25,258 bases of DNA. Source: a virus. Lineage: Duplodnaviria > Caudoviricetes. The stretch is from positions 1-25,258 of the IMG/VR virus record IMGVR_UViG_3300032289_002199. One strand, written 5' to 3'. Under the pieces are notes generated by a model. The model did no database searches and had not been told where the DNA came from. It was given only the letters and a program-made list of their open reading frames with translations. The position numbers and the translations under genes are program-made. Positions 24,983 through 25,258 of this stretch are shown in pieces (position 1 is the first letter of the stretch; each line of letters begins with the position of its first letter).

Positions 24983-25258
24983 TCTTCGTATCTTTTTAAA
25001 ATTTGTGTAATGAGAGGGTTTCTAACTACATCACCATCACCAAATTCATGTACACCAACACTTGGTAAATCTCTAAACTTTTTCATAGCATCCCAAAGTC
25101 CTGTTTGTGTTTTATCTTTATGTCTATCGAATTGTTCCAAGTCACCTGAAATGAAGAATTTAGAATTAAAACCAATTCTTGTTAATAGTAATTTCATTTG
25201 ACTTGGTGTAGAGTTTTGAGCTTCTTCGAATATAAGAATTGAATTATCAATGTTCATT
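24979..25258 (-). CDS. phoH: PhoH-like ATPase, C-terminal part (5' end outside the window)
   Basis: ILIFEEAQNSTPSQMKLLLTRIG, ISGDLEQFD and DVVRNPLITQIL are PhoH signatures. Confidence 0.92.
   Translation of the reverse strand, partial: MNIDNSILIFEEAQNSTPSQMKLLLTRIGFNSKFFISGDLEQFDRHKDKTQTGLWDAMKKFRDLPSVGVHEFGDGDVVRNPLITQILKRYEE

Noticed and set aside
348-25201. Many 60-180 aa antisense or alternate-frame ORFs (e.g. 2900..3439, 8644..9261, 14027..14320, 19699..19983, 22621..22905)
   Set aside because: They lie within well-supported genes and have the Ser/Phe/Leu-rich composition expected of shadow frames; no motifs or expression signals.
1-25258. Stop-codon reassignment as in some large phages
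   Set aside because: Core genes are full length in the standard code, coding density is high, and TAG (bS21, 7155) and TGA (17466) end genes at sensible positions.

Overview
An AT-rich, gene-dense segment of a large T4-like (contractile-tailed) dsDNA phage, most likely infecting Bacteroidota. It is read with the standard genetic code. The left half (+ strand) is the head morphogenesis module: large terminase, portal, prohead protease, acidic scaffold and major capsid protein, with a phage ribosomal protein bS21 inserted on the opposite strand. The middle (12.1-15.9 kb) holds small accessory genes bounded by intrinsic terminators: a lipoprotein with a host-type promoter, an OmpA-like-fold protein, a zinc-ribbon protein preceded by a candidate structured RNA, and two Cys/Lys-rich module proteins. 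The right half (- strand) carries PhoH (truncated), a degenerate HAD protein, two glycosyltransferases, a sigma-factor-like protein and tail/baseplate genes including a gp5-like central spike. Two promoter classes are visible: Bacteroidota TTTG-N19/20-TAnnTTTG promoters and a recurrent oriented TATTTAT motif before structural genes. No tRNA, CRISPR array or mobile element was seen. All assignments come from motif recognition by eye; no searches were run.
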